The notes under the pieces are model-generated. The model saw only the letters and a list, made by a program, of their open reading frames with translations, did not search any database and was not told where the DNA came from. From positions 1 through 28,746 of the IMG/VR virus record IMGVR_UViG_3300038314_001195: a DNA stretch of 28,746 nt. One strand, written 5' to 3'. The DNA is from a virus (lineage: Duplodnaviria > Caudoviricetes). Below are positions 17,490 to 25,883 of this stretch, in pieces. A program made the position numbers and the translations under genes. Positions within the stretch are counted from its first letter, which is position 1. Each line of letters opens with the position of its first letter.

Positions 17490-17802
17490 TTGACCGGTCC
17501 TTCATGACTCGTGCGCGCTCGGAGATGCACGCCTCGCGAAGCGACCAGTACCAGAGATCGCAGTCATGCGGCGTGAGCGACTCAATGTTCGCAGCGCGCA
17601 CCGCGGAGATGATCCAGGGATCAGCCTCCACGCTTGGCACGGGGCAGCGGTTCGGGCCATCGGCCGGCTCGTCGTTGTCTTCGTCCTTCCGATCACAACC
17701 TAGTGCGCGTGCGCGCTGGCGCCAGCAGGATCGGCAGTCGTTGATCTGTCGTCCGGCGGCGTCTTCGGCGAGTCCGACTCTGACCGCTTCTCGGGCTTTC
17801 CC
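17479..17802 (-). CDS. Tail assembly chaperone, -1 frameshift extension (gpGT-like)
   Basis: Open -1 frame from the slippery site to 17479, overlapping the tape measure start. Confidence 0.8.
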
Positions 17803-18131
17803 ACGTCTGCCGCCGTCGCGTTCAGTGCGGTGAAGAAGGCGATCCAAACTTGCAGTCCTTCGCCGGCGTTCATCCCGGAGTCAAGCTGTTCAGCGGTGAC
17901 GCCGTCGGCCGCCTCGCCGTCGATGTCGCGCACATGCTCGGCGATCTCCTCGAGCATTCCGACATAGGAGTCGACGGTGATCGGAAATACTCTGGACGCA
18001 TCGTCAGAGCCTTGCGACAACTCAGCGACGCGCGGCGCCCAGCCGAGCACGACGGATCCCGGCGGCCGGTTGAACTTCCACGTGTGCCCAGCGGCTTCGA
18101 TTGTGACTGTCTTTGAACGTTGGAATATCAT
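17700..18131 (-). CDS. Tail assembly chaperone (gpG-like)
   Basis: Between tube and tape measure; contains G GGA AAG (Gly-Lys). Confidence 0.85.
   Translation of the reverse strand: MIFQRSKTVTIEAAGHTWKFNRPPGSVVLGWAPRVAELSQGSDDASRVFPITVDSYVGMLEEIAEHVRDIDGEAADGVTAEQLDSGMNAGEGLQVWIAFFTALNATAADVGKPEKRSESDSPKTPPDDRSTTADPAGASAHAH
17796..17802 (-). other. Programmed -1 ribosomal frameshift site GGGAAAG
   Basis: Same heptamer as the lambda G-T slippery site and in the correct phase (GTG GGA AAG). Confidence 0.88.
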
Positions 18132-19084
18132 GTGTACGTGATGGTCAAAGAGGAGTCAGTCCCCGCGGCGTTGTTCGCCGCAGACCCGGCGAGCGTCACC
18201 ATATTAGGCGCGCCCTGCGATATCGTCGGCGCGTTGAACGCCACGTTTAACAGCTCGAAGAGGATCTCGCGCGTGCCGTCGCCCAGCGTAAAGCTGACGT
18301 CTGACGCGGTCGCGGCCACGTATAGATCGAAGTAATCGAGAGTAGACGCGTCTACCGCCTCAAGCTCGAGGCTGACGGTACAAGCGGCGTCGCGACTGAG
18401 GATCGGCGGGAACGTGTAGCCGTTAGAATTAGCCAGGTCGACTCGCGGCGTCAGCGTGAGCCCTGAACTGACAGACCACGACCGGATCACAAGTCCGCTC
18501 GCCTTGCCCGCGATCGAGTAGGACGTGATCGGGAGTAGAGGCGATCCGCCGTTCGCCGTCGCGGACGTCAATGACGACACGTCGGCGGGCGCGGCGTAGC
18601 TGCCCATCCCCGAGAAGGTCGCCGTCGCGACGGCGTCCGCGCTGCCCTGCATCGTAAACGTAAAGTTAGTGTCCTCGGCGACGTAGTAGTTGCCGTCGAT
18701 CAACTCCTCGAAGCGGCAGTCGACCTCGAAAGCCTCCGTCGAACTGCTCGGGTCGGCCAACCATTCGTAGACGTGAGTCGAAGAATCAAGGGTTTGCGAG
18801 AGGCCGCTGGCCTTGAGTAGCCTGTTTATCTCCGGCAGTACCGAGGACGACGGCGTGCCGTCGGTGCCTTTAAGCTCGGTCGTGATGTTGATCGCGTAGT
18901 GCCTCGTCAGCGGCGCGTGTGCTGCTTGACGGTCGATGAAGGCACGAACGAGCGGGCGCTGTATCGCCTCGGTTGTGCCGGCGACGCTGAACGGCGACGT
19001 GCCGCGCTGGATCTCGACGAGGTGCGTGGGGTCAAGGGCCTCGCCCGCGTTTGAAATGAATAGTTGACCATCGGTGATCGGCAT
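18128..19084 (-). CDS. Major tail tube protein
   Basis: 318 aa, Ser/Thr-rich and beta-rich; position before the chaperone and tape measure. Confidence 0.8.
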   Translation of the reverse strand: MPITDGQLFISNAGEALDPTHLVEIQRGTSPFSVAGTTEAIQRPLVRAFIDRQAAHAPLTRHYAINITTELKGTDGTPSSSVLPEINRLLKASGLSQTLDSSTHVYEWLADPSSSTEAFEVDCRFEELIDGNYYVAEDTNFTFTMQGSADAVATATFSGMGSYAAPADVSSLTSATANGGSPLLPITSYSIAGKASGLVIRSWSVSSGLTLTPRVDLANSNGYTFPPILSRDAACTVSLELEAVDASTLDYFDLYVAATASDVSFTLGDGTREILFELLNVAFNAPTISQGAPNMVTLAGSAANNAAGTDSSLTITYT

Positions 19085-19087
19085 CGT

Positions 19088-19303
19088 CTAGCTCTCCTCT
19101 TCGGTAGTAGTTGCGGCCTTAGCCTTCGGTTTTGCCTTTGCCTTCGGCTTCGGCTTGCTGATCTCTTCGTAGTCTGTGCCAGGCGTGAGCCCGGTCAGGT
19201 TGCCCTCGCTGACCTCTCCGACGTCGCCCGCGCGCAAGATGCCGCCGTTAACGGCTCGCACGTTGCACGACTCGAGGAGCCACTTCACCTTGATCGCTGT
19301 CAT
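19088..19303 (-). CDS. Small protein with Lys/Pro/Ala-rich tail
   Basis: ATG at 19303 coupled to the upstream stop, GAGGGA RBS; MTAIKVKW...KPKPKAKAKPKAKA. Confidence 0.7.
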   Translation of the reverse strand: MTAIKVKWLLESCNVRAVNGGILRAGDVGEVSEGNLTGLTPGTDYEEISKPKPKAKAKPKAKAATTTEEES

Positions 19304-19791
19304 GTCTGTTCCCTCGTAGTGGCCACGTATAGCGTCGCCTCGACAATGCTGAAGCGTCTCCACTTGCGCGCGCCTTCGCCCGCCTCCTCGATCCGGCTCT
19401 CGATCCCGCCGACGAAGAAGAGACCGTCGATGTCGGTGACGGTGTCGGTTTCGGTGAGGACGTTGATCACGCCGCGGTTGTACGTCCTAGCGCAAAGATC
19501 AGGATCCACAGGGTTAGCCTCCGGCGCAACGACCGACGTCACACGCAACGGTATGTGTAGCCGATAGGCCGCAGGCATCAGGAGCTCGCTCTCTGTTTCG
19601 CCGCTGGTCTGCACGAACACGCCGGGCAGCTGGCCCGCGTCGTCGATGTTCCGACGGACCTCGAAGACCTTCGGAGCGGCGACCGTCTCGCCGCCGTCGT
19701 CAGCTATCAGGCCGAGCACTGTCTCGAGCCGAGACGCCAGCCGGGCGCGGATGCCCTCGAGGATCGACGCTGTCCAGAGTGCCTCACTCAC
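19300..19791 (-). CDS. Putative tail completion/terminator protein
   Basis: 163 aa, helix followed by LPGVFV beta pattern; upstream of the tube gene. Confidence 0.6.
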   Translation of the reverse strand: MSEALWTASILEGIRARLASRLETVLGLIADDGGETVAAPKVFEVRRNIDDAGQLPGVFVQTSGETESELLMPAAYRLHIPLRVTSVVAPEANPVDPDLCARTYNRGVINVLTETDTVTDIDGLFFVGGIESRIEEAGEGARKWRRFSIVEATLYVATTREQT

Positions 19792-20185
19792 CGTCGAGCC
19801 ACCATTCGAGCAACTCAGGGATGATCACATTGTCGATCGCGGCATCACTGATGAGCGGGAGAAAGGGCCTATTAGACGTGACCTTAATAGACTTGTCCGA
19901 GAGGCGAAGGCGGATCCGCCCTTCGTACCCGCCGCCGAACCACGCCGCCGCCGGCGGTCGCCCCTTCCCCAGTGGCCCAGGGATCGGCATCCGGTCGTCT
20001 ATGAAGCGTTCGGGTTTGTCGAAGTTCTGAGGGTTCGATGTGAGTTGGTCGCGAAGATCGGACCAGGCTTTGCGGTTCTTCTTCAGCCTGACGAGGACGT
20101 CCGACAGTCCAGGAGGGGCCGACGAGTCGGCGATTGAAATTTCCCGGCCGAACTCCTTTGATCCGACTCTCTCCTTCGCTGCCAT
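19784..20185 (-). CDS. Putative neck / virion morphogenesis protein
   Basis: GGAGG RBS; C-terminal RPFLP motif common in neck-region proteins; synteny. Confidence 0.55.
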   Translation of the reverse strand: MAAKERVGSKEFGREISIADSSAPPGLSDVLVRLKKNRKAWSDLRDQLTSNPQNFDKPERFIDDRMPIPGPLGKGRPPAAAWFGGGYEGRIRLRLSDKSIKVTSNRPFLPLISDAAIDNVIIPELLEWWLDGE

Positions 20186-20214
20186 ATATCCTCCGGCGTG
20201 CTACCGCTCCGCCC

Positions 20215-20523
20215 TCACTCCGGCTTAGTCGTGCTCCGCTTGGTCGCTTTCTTCGTGGCCTTCTTCGTGCTCTTCTTCGTGCTCTTCTTCGTGGCCTTCG
20301 GCTTGTCAGCCTTGGCGGCCTTGGCGGCCTTCGGCTTCGGCTTCGGCTTCGGCTTCGGCTTCGGCTTCGGCTTCGGTGCTGGCGCTGGCTCGAACCAGCC
20401 CGGCCGGCTGGCGATCGTGGCCTCGTCGAACCAGCCGGTTTCCCCGCTGCGGATCATCTCCCCGTTGATGTCGACGGCGCGGCCTTGCGGCCGTGGTCGC
20501 GTTATCTTCATCCGTCGCGCCAT
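20215..20523 (-). CDS. Small protein with histone-H1-like basic tail
   Basis: (PK)8, then AAKAAK and KKST/KKAT repeats; coupled to the upstream stop. Confidence 0.75.
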   Translation of the reverse strand: MARRMKITRPRPQGRAVDINGEMIRSGETGWFDEATIASRPGWFEPAPAPKPKPKPKPKPKPKPKAAKAAKADKPKATKKSTKKSTKKATKKATKRSTTKPE

Positions 20524-20990
20524 CAGTTGAACCCCGTTTTCTTACGCCATAACCCGAGCCGCGAGGACTTCGACGGCTGGCGGGTTACGTATGCTTGTGA
20601 GTCGAACACGCCCTTGACGCGGGAGCCCGGCGCGGGATCGGTGCCGATAGTCGACAGCTCGCCCGCGCGGATCCGCATCATTAGTCCGCCCCAGTCTACG
20701 AGCGCGGCCTCGGTGAAAGCGTCACTCTCGCGAGTGTTCGCCATTATCCAAGCCACGGCGCAACGGCGGATCAGGTTGCCCGCCATACTCCCGTGTAAGT
20801 TCGATCCCGACGGGATGTCCGACGGGGTGATCCCTGCGGCCTCGAGAGCTACCCCGAGGTCACTGGCGAACTGCTCGATTACCTCGGTCAACCGAGTCGA
20901 TGACGGCTCCGCATCAGTGTCAATTGTACCGCTCCAGGCGATGGCCGAGGCCACGTCAGAAGCTGTCACACCGAATACATACACCGCCAT
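20523..20990 (-). CDS. Putative head-tail adaptor
   Basis: Helical 155-aa protein immediately after the major capsid gene. Confidence 0.6.
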   Translation of the reverse strand: MAVYVFGVTASDVASAIAWSGTIDTDAEPSSTRLTEVIEQFASDLGVALEAAGITPSDIPSGSNLHGSMAGNLIRRCAVAWIMANTRESDAFTEAALVDWGGLMMRIRAGELSTIGTDPAPGSRVKGVFDSQAYVTRQPSKSSRLGLWRKKTGFN

Positions 20991-21011
20991 CGACTCGATC
21001 CCCCGTTAGCT

Positions 21012-21974
21012 TCAGCTAGTGCCAGAGATCCGAACGCCGAACTCAGGGAGTGCGACGATGTCGGTGTTAGCGGCGCAGTAGAAACCCGTCAGGCGCTGAT
21101 CGATTTCGCGGGGGCTGAACACCTCGAATAGATCGGAGCCTGCATGCGGCATGATGAGTCCGGCGCCCATCAGCACGCGCCCGCCAGGAGTCGCGATGCT
21201 CGCCCCTTCGGGCGGCGACACGAAGATGTTGACGTATTCTCCATATCTAGAATCAAGTCCGACCAGAAGCTCGCTTATGCCGATACTGCGAAGGCTCGCG
21301 GTGAGCTGATCGTGGTCGAGGCTACCGAGAGAGGCCGCCCCTCCCCAGAGTGAGGTCCACGAATCGTTGTATTTCATGGCCTCGTAAGTCGCTGATCCGC
21401 ATACCATTTTTAGCCTGCCTTCGGGCAGGCGCTCACCGACGGCGGCCTCTACCGCTTGGAGTGCGTCGCTGATCTCCTTCTTGATGTCGAAGGTGGTTGT
21501 GGTCCATGCCGCGGAGGCTTGATCGTCAGTCGTCCACGGGGTCGACCCTCCGGCCAGAAGATCGGAGGCCTTCATGTCAATGTAGTCCAGGCAGCGGTCG
21601 AACGTCTGAAGCGTTCCGGCCTCTTCCATTTCAGCCAGGCTGTCGACCGTAAAGCCGTCAGCTGAGTCCATGCGGACTTCCGATCCGAGATCTACGAGCA
21701 TCGCGTCGGCCGTCTTCCACTGTCCAGGCTCGGCCGTTGGGACGGCCTGACCGATCAAGCGCTCGCCCGTGTTCAGGCCGGAGCCATCGACGAACGTGTT
21801 CCGAAGGAAGTATTGCATCGACACCTTCGTCGACGGTCGTTGATTCGGGACTCGAGCCCCGAGCAGGTGGCCGATCCGGCTCGACCTAATCATAGGCTCG
21901 AACTCAGAAATTAGCCTTGTTAATGAACCACTTACGGTTCCAGCGGATCCTGATCCGCTCCAGTAGGTTCCCAT
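21012..21974 (-). CDS. Major capsid protein (HK97 fold expected)
   Basis: 320 aa, AGGAG RBS; follows protease/scaffold and decoration genes; C-terminal DIVALPEFGVRI pattern. Confidence 0.75.
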   Translation of the reverse strand: MGTYWSGSGSAGTVSGSLTRLISEFEPMIRSSRIGHLLGARVPNQRPSTKVSMQYFLRNTFVDGSGLNTGERLIGQAVPTAEPGQWKTADAMLVDLGSEVRMDSADGFTVDSLAEMEEAGTLQTFDRCLDYIDMKASDLLAGGSTPWTTDDQASAAWTTTTFDIKKEISDALQAVEAAVGERLPEGRLKMVCGSATYEAMKYNDSWTSLWGGAASLGSLDHDQLTASLRSIGISELLVGLDSRYGEYVNIFVSPPEGASIATPGGRVLMGAGLIMPHAGSDLFEVFSPREIDQRLTGFYCAANTDIVALPEFGVRISGTS

Positions 21975-21985
21975 TTTCTCTACTC

Positions 21986-22405
21986 CTAAGAGGTTTCAAC
22001 GGCGGAGACGCCGAGGACGTTAACTTGAATCAGATCGCCGGTAGCGGCTCCCTGAAGGGCGAAGGCTTTCACATAGTCTGTACCCGTACCCGGCGTGTTT
22101 ACCCACTCGGAGTCGGCGTTCGCGGAGAGCATCGCTCCGGCCGCGATGTTCGCCCCGGCGTACGCATAGCAAGGACCAGACAACTGAACGGTCGCAGTCT
22201 GGTTGCCGTCGGCATCGCTGCCAGCGATCGAGACGATGACGCCTACGACCACGTCGAGGTTGCCTGTGTCTGCTGTCGTCGCGATCGTTACGGTTTCGGA
22301 TCCTGCCGCGCCGCTAATCTTGGCGGCGTAACCTTCCTTTCCGTCATAGTCGGCTGCCGTTCCGAACGGCCCGGCGAGTGCCGGTGATGTGATCGTGAAT
22401 GCCAT
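21986..22405 (-). CDS. Capsid decoration/cement protein
   Basis: Ala/Gly-rich, with VQLSG..YAYAGANIAAGAML and ALQGAATGDLIQV motifs; lies between scaffold and capsid genes. Confidence 0.75.
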   Translation of the reverse strand: MAFTITSPALAGPFGTAADYDGKEGYAAKISGAAGSETVTIATTADTGNLDVVVGVIVSIAGSDADGNQTATVQLSGPCYAYAGANIAAGAMLSANADSEWVNTPGTGTDYVKAFALQGAATGDLIQVNVLGVSAVETS

Positions 22406-23790
22406 TATTTCACCTCTCGGACTGCAAGCCGTCGAGCTTGCGAATAGGGGATATTGCGCTCTGCGGAGAGTTGGACCGCGCGCTGCTCGAGGTCCTTGTC
22501 ATTGCGGATCGGCGGAGTGTCGCCCAGGATCGCCGACTCGGACAGCTGCCCGACGGGGATCCCGGTGCCGGCGCAACACGCCACGACCTGATCGACGAAG
22601 GCTTCGATCGCCTCGAAGGTCGACAGCTCGGCCGGCGTCTTGCCGCGAAGCAGGATCAACTCGCGCACGTTGGCGACCTGACCTTCACGCGCGAGGCGCA
22701 AGCACTGTTCACGGTTAGCGCTCGCCCGTGCGTTCGCTTCCGCTTTCATCTGTGCGGCCTCGACCGCGGCGACCTTCTCTCGCAAAAGACTGTTCTCGGC
22801 CTCGGCAGCGGCTAGGCGATCCGACAGATCAGGACCCGCCGTTGCCTCCGCTGTCGTCGCCTCGACCGGCGCCGCTTCGGCCTCGGTCAACTCGATCTGT
22901 TCGGACATCTTGTCCCCTTTGGTTAATGCCAGCCGGGCCAGCGCTGGCCCCATGATGTCAACGGCCCCATCGGGCGTGCTGGCCCGCGCGATGATACCGG
23001 TACCTTCGGCCGCTGGGCGGTGCGTGTAAGCCACGCCGACGCCTTCGGCTTCGGATGTCTCGCAATAGACGACAGCGCCCTCGACCACTTGGCCGGGTAT
23101 ATGCGTGCAGTCCGACGCGGTGTCGAACCAGGCAGCGCCGCACGCTCCGCATTCAACCGCTACTTTTGGATAGGTGTATTCGATACTCCAGCCCGGCTCG
23201 GCCGAGGCGGCCAGTTCGGCGAGCGCTCGCGATCCGGTGATCTCAAGCTCGCCATGGATCGCGCCGTCCTCGACCCAGGACGAACGGATCCAGCCTTGCA
23301 CGGGGTCACTGTCGGTGATCGGGCGGTGCTCGTAGTTGACCGGCGAGCCGCGCAGCGTCGAGGCTACGGCGGCCATCCCTGCCGCATTCAAGCGCGGCGC
23401 GGTGTAGAGCTTGACGCGCTCCGGCCGATAGATCGAGGCGGTGAGCTTCACGCCGCTGTCACGCTCGAGCGCCAGGCCGGCGGCGGCGTTCAGGTCGGCG
23501 ACCTCGTCGCCGTCGACGGTGCATCTGATAATGTCTGACATGGCGTCTCCCTCTTCGCCTGTAGCGGGCGCGAACTCGATCGGCTGGTAGTCGTTCGCCT
23601 CTAGCCAGTCGCGGGCGGCCTGCTCGCTGTGGCGTTCAGCGTCGAAGCGGATCGACTGTAGCTCGCTCCCGTCGTCGTTCGATCCGAAGATCGCGTCGAT
23701 GCCCTCGCCGAACTCGTCGGCCGAGCGGCGGAACTCGTCGAACTGGCCAGGCTCCCGGATGCGTGCGGCGTGCTCTGATGGATACGGCAT
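22405..23790 (-). CDS. Prohead protease-scaffold fusion with N-terminal accessory domain
   Basis: PVNYEH (His), GWSIEY (Ser), AYTHRPA; helical Ala/Glu-rich C-terminus; internal SD+ATG at 23541 and 22908. Confidence 0.8.
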   Translation of the reverse strand: MPYPSEHAARIREPGQFDEFRRSADEFGEGIDAIFGSNDDGSELQSIRFDAERHSEQAARDWLEANDYQPIEFAPATGEEGDAMSDIIRCTVDGDEVADLNAAAGLALERDSGVKLTASIYRPERVKLYTAPRLNAAGMAAVASTLRGSPVNYEHRPITDSDPVQGWIRSSWVEDGAIHGELEITGSRALAELAASAEPGWSIEYTYPKVAVECGACGAAWFDTASDCTHIPGQVVEGAVVYCETSEAEGVGVAYTHRPAAEGTGIIARASTPDGAVDIMGPALARLALTKGDKMSEQIELTEAEAAPVEATTAEATAGPDLSDRLAAAEAENSLLREKVAAVEAAQMKAEANARASANREQCLRLAREGQVANVRELILLRGKTPAELSTFEAIEAFVDQVVACCAGTGIPVGQLSESAILGDTPPIRNDKDLEQRAVQLSAERNIPYSQARRLAVREVK

Positions 23791-23792
23791 GA

Positions 23793-25088
23793 TCAGAAGT
23801 CCAGCAGATCGAGCGCTTGCTCGGTGAGGTCGGCCGCGCGCTCGGGCGCTATGACGCCGTCGCGTACCATCTCGAGGATCAGGCGTGCCTTGGCGATCGT
23901 GCCGTAGACCGTGCGATCGTCTCCGATGCCGCGGGCGACGACGCGCGGCGCGCGGTCGGCGGCCCAGCCGTTCAGGCTGACCAGCGGTTGCACGATCTGC
24001 GATTGGATAAGCGAAGCCATCTCGGTCGCCTCACCGGCGAGCGCCTGGTTAGACGCCGCCCGATACTCCGAGCCGAGCGCCCGCGACCCGTGCGAGTTCG
24101 TGCCGAGCTGCTCGAGGTCAGCGCCGACAGCTCGACTGATCTCTTGGTTGAAGACTTGGATCGGCGGCCCGAGCGGAGGCAGCACGGATCCCCCGTGGCG
24201 CGGGTTAATCTGCACCGACTCAGGGGTGATGACCCAGCGTTGCTCGGCCTCGCTCCATTGGTTGAGCTGGTCTTCAAGCTCGCGGCGCTCCGGGCTGCCC
24301 GCTTCAAAGTCGCAGGTCACCTCGAGCCAGCCTTCGCCGAGTAGCTGCCGGCTGGCCATGGAGTTGTTGTATATCTCAGACTTCGCCGAGACGGCGTAGT
24401 AACACGACCGAAGGAGGCTCACGCCTTCCCAGTTCCGACCAGTGAACCCGCGCGCGAAGTGCGCGAGCTTCTCGATCGGGATCGGGATGAGTCCGCGCTC
24501 GCCGCGCTGCAAGATGCCGACGAGGTAACCGGCCTCGTTCGTGAGCCACTTGTAGACGGTGCTCGGCTCGATGAATGCCAGATCCTCGAGGCGATAACGC
24601 AGCGTCGTCTCTTCGATTTCGTAAATCTGTTCGAGGAGGCTGAAGCCGTAACAATTCATCTGTGAGGCTTGGAACAATAATCCCGGCAATCCGCCGTGCA
24701 GCGACGCGAACACGTCGCGCACAAACTGCGTGATCTCCTGCTCTTCGTCGGTAGCGTCGGGCGGCGGTATCACCTGCCAATCGAGCGCGGTCAGGTTGCG
24801 CGCCCGCTGGTCGAGGCTTGCAGCGACCACGCCGTCTTTACGGACCATCTCAGCGAAGAGCGAAGGCCGAGGCCAGAGGCCTCGAGCGCGCGACGGTTTC
24901 AGAACGGGGTTGTGCTCTTGCGTGCCGACCCAACGCCCCCATCCGGCCGAACTCATCACCGCCTCGAGTTCGTCGGTCGACAGGGGTTTTAGATACTCCG
25001 AGCTGCCGGAGTGCGACGGCGGGTCGAATATCTGGATCGGTCGCCGGGTAGCGGGTGAGCGCTGACGCTGTCGTAGGAGTTGCGGCAC
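23793..25088 (-). CDS. Portal protein (Mu gp29/DUF935-like)
   Basis: MVRKDGVVAASLDQR, YGFSLLEQIY, GNWEG-like RNWEGVSLLRSCY, EISRAVG and GSRALG motifs. Confidence 0.88.
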   Translation of the reverse strand: MPQLLRQRQRSPATRRPIQIFDPPSHSGSSEYLKPLSTDELEAVMSSAGWGRWVGTQEHNPVLKPSRARGLWPRPSLFAEMVRKDGVVAASLDQRARNLTALDWQVIPPPDATDEEQEITQFVRDVFASLHGGLPGLLFQASQMNCYGFSLLEQIYEIEETTLRYRLEDLAFIEPSTVYKWLTNEAGYLVGILQRGERGLIPIPIEKLAHFARGFTGRNWEGVSLLRSCYYAVSAKSEIYNNSMASRQLLGEGWLEVTCDFEAGSPERRELEDQLNQWSEAEQRWVITPESVQINPRHGGSVLPPLGPPIQVFNQEISRAVGADLEQLGTNSHGSRALGSEYRAASNQALAGEATEMASLIQSQIVQPLVSLNGWAADRAPRVVARGIGDDRTVYGTIAKARLILEMVRDGVIAPERAADLTEQALDLLDF

Positions 25089-25093
25089 GCGGC

Positions 25094-25122
25094 ACGGTAA
25101 CCCGTGCGTAATAGAATTACAA
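25094..25122 (-). promoter_or_regulatory. Putative portal/head-tail operon promoter
   Basis: TTGTAA-17 bp-TACCGT, 5 nt before the portal GTG; no SD. Confidence 0.5.
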
Positions 25123-25179
25123 CGTCACTGTAATTTTACACCACTAGGTTCGTTTGTTCTATTCGTTGTCTGTTTTATG

Positions 25180-25207
25180 TTGACACAGGAAACAGGGCTG
25201 TTATGAT
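25180..25207 (+). promoter_or_regulatory. Strong sigma-70-type promoter of the moron
   Basis: TTGACA-16 bp-TATGAT with an extended TG, preceded by a T-rich UP-like tract. Confidence 0.8.
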
Positions 25208-25253
25208 CCTAAGCATGAACAGCGGAACACACACAGACAACGGAGCCGAGACG

Positions 25254-25430
25254 ATGAACGCAGGAACATTGATCACTAGCAGCAGGGGATTCATTGGAAC
25301 TGTCACCAGACGAGGACGATGGACAGGCGGACTGATCAGGCTCTGGATCCGTTGGGATCCAACCGACCGCGCTGAGGCTATGGCATGGCATGGCAACGGC
25401 ATATGGGAGCACGAGGCGACCGCCCGCTAA
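25254..25430 (+). CDS. Small hypothetical protein (58 aa; alternative leaderless start at 25215)
   Basis: GGAG RBS before ATG 25254; Trp-rich, beta-like sequence; directly after the promoter. Confidence 0.6.
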   Translation: MNAGTLITSSRGFIGTVTRRGRWTGGLIRLWIRWDPTDRAEAMAWHGNGIWEHEATAR

Positions 25431-25482
25431 CGGCGCGAGTCTGCGGCCTCCGGCAACGGAGGCTTCGGGCTGGAATCGTTAG
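25427..25482 (+). other. Long intergenic stem-loop with GCAA tetraloop (RNase III site-like)
   Basis: CTAACGG/TCGTTAG, AGTCTG/CGGGCT and GCCTCCG/CGGAGGC stems separated by symmetric 4x4 and 2x2 internal loops. Confidence 0.65.
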
Positions 25483-25503
25483 ACACCACAGCAGGAGGAC
25501 AGC

Positions 25504-25680
25504 ATGAAGACGAAGATAGACACCACGACGATGATCCTAGTGACTTGGCACGACTACAGCCGGCAGATATTCCCGCGCACGCTCGACACGCTCGATCACC
25601 TCGTCGCATACGCCGACGGCTACGAGTCGATCGAAGAGGTCGAGGTCGTGACCTTCACGGCCGAGGAGGTCGGACAGTGA
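25504..25680 (+). CDS. Small acidic hypothetical protein (58 aa, not in ORF track)
   Basis: AGGAGGA RBS; MKTKIDTTTMILVTWHDYSRQIFPRTLDTLDHLVAYADGYESIEEVEVVTFTAEEVGQ*; stop overlaps the next GTG. Confidence 0.7.
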   Translation: MKTKIDTTTMILVTWHDYSRQIFPRTLDTLDHLVAYADGYESIEEVEVVTFTAEEVGQ

Positions 25681-25883
25681 CCGGCGGCCGAGGGCGCCCG
25701 CCTATCCCCGAGGAGGTGAGGCGCTCGCGGCTGCTCCGGCTCCGCTGCACCGTGGCCGAGCTGGACGCCTACCGCGACGCCGCCGAGCGTGCCGGCGTGA
25801 CGCTGTCCGAATGGACCCGCGTCACTCTGGGCGTAGCTTGCGACGAGGTCGCCGCCTCACCTTCTGAGTCCTGCCAAGATTAG
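25677..25883 (+). CDS. Ribbon-helix-helix (MobC/CopG-like) DNA-binding protein
   Basis: GAGGAGG RBS + GTG; GRGRPP...LLRLRCTVAELDAYRDAAERAGVTLSEWTR. Confidence 0.75.
   Translation: MTGGRGRPPIPEEVRRSRLLRLRCTVAELDAYRDAAERAGVTLSEWTRVTLGVACDEVAASPSESCQD

Noticed and set aside
20134-21009. Plus-strand ORFs with LRLRLR or FGFGFG repeats, and the many other antisense ORFs
   Set aside because: Antisense shadows of the PK-repeat gene and other real genes in GC-rich DNA
25446-25470. Intrinsic terminator
   Set aside because: The hairpin lacks a U-tract and lies within an apparently continuous operon
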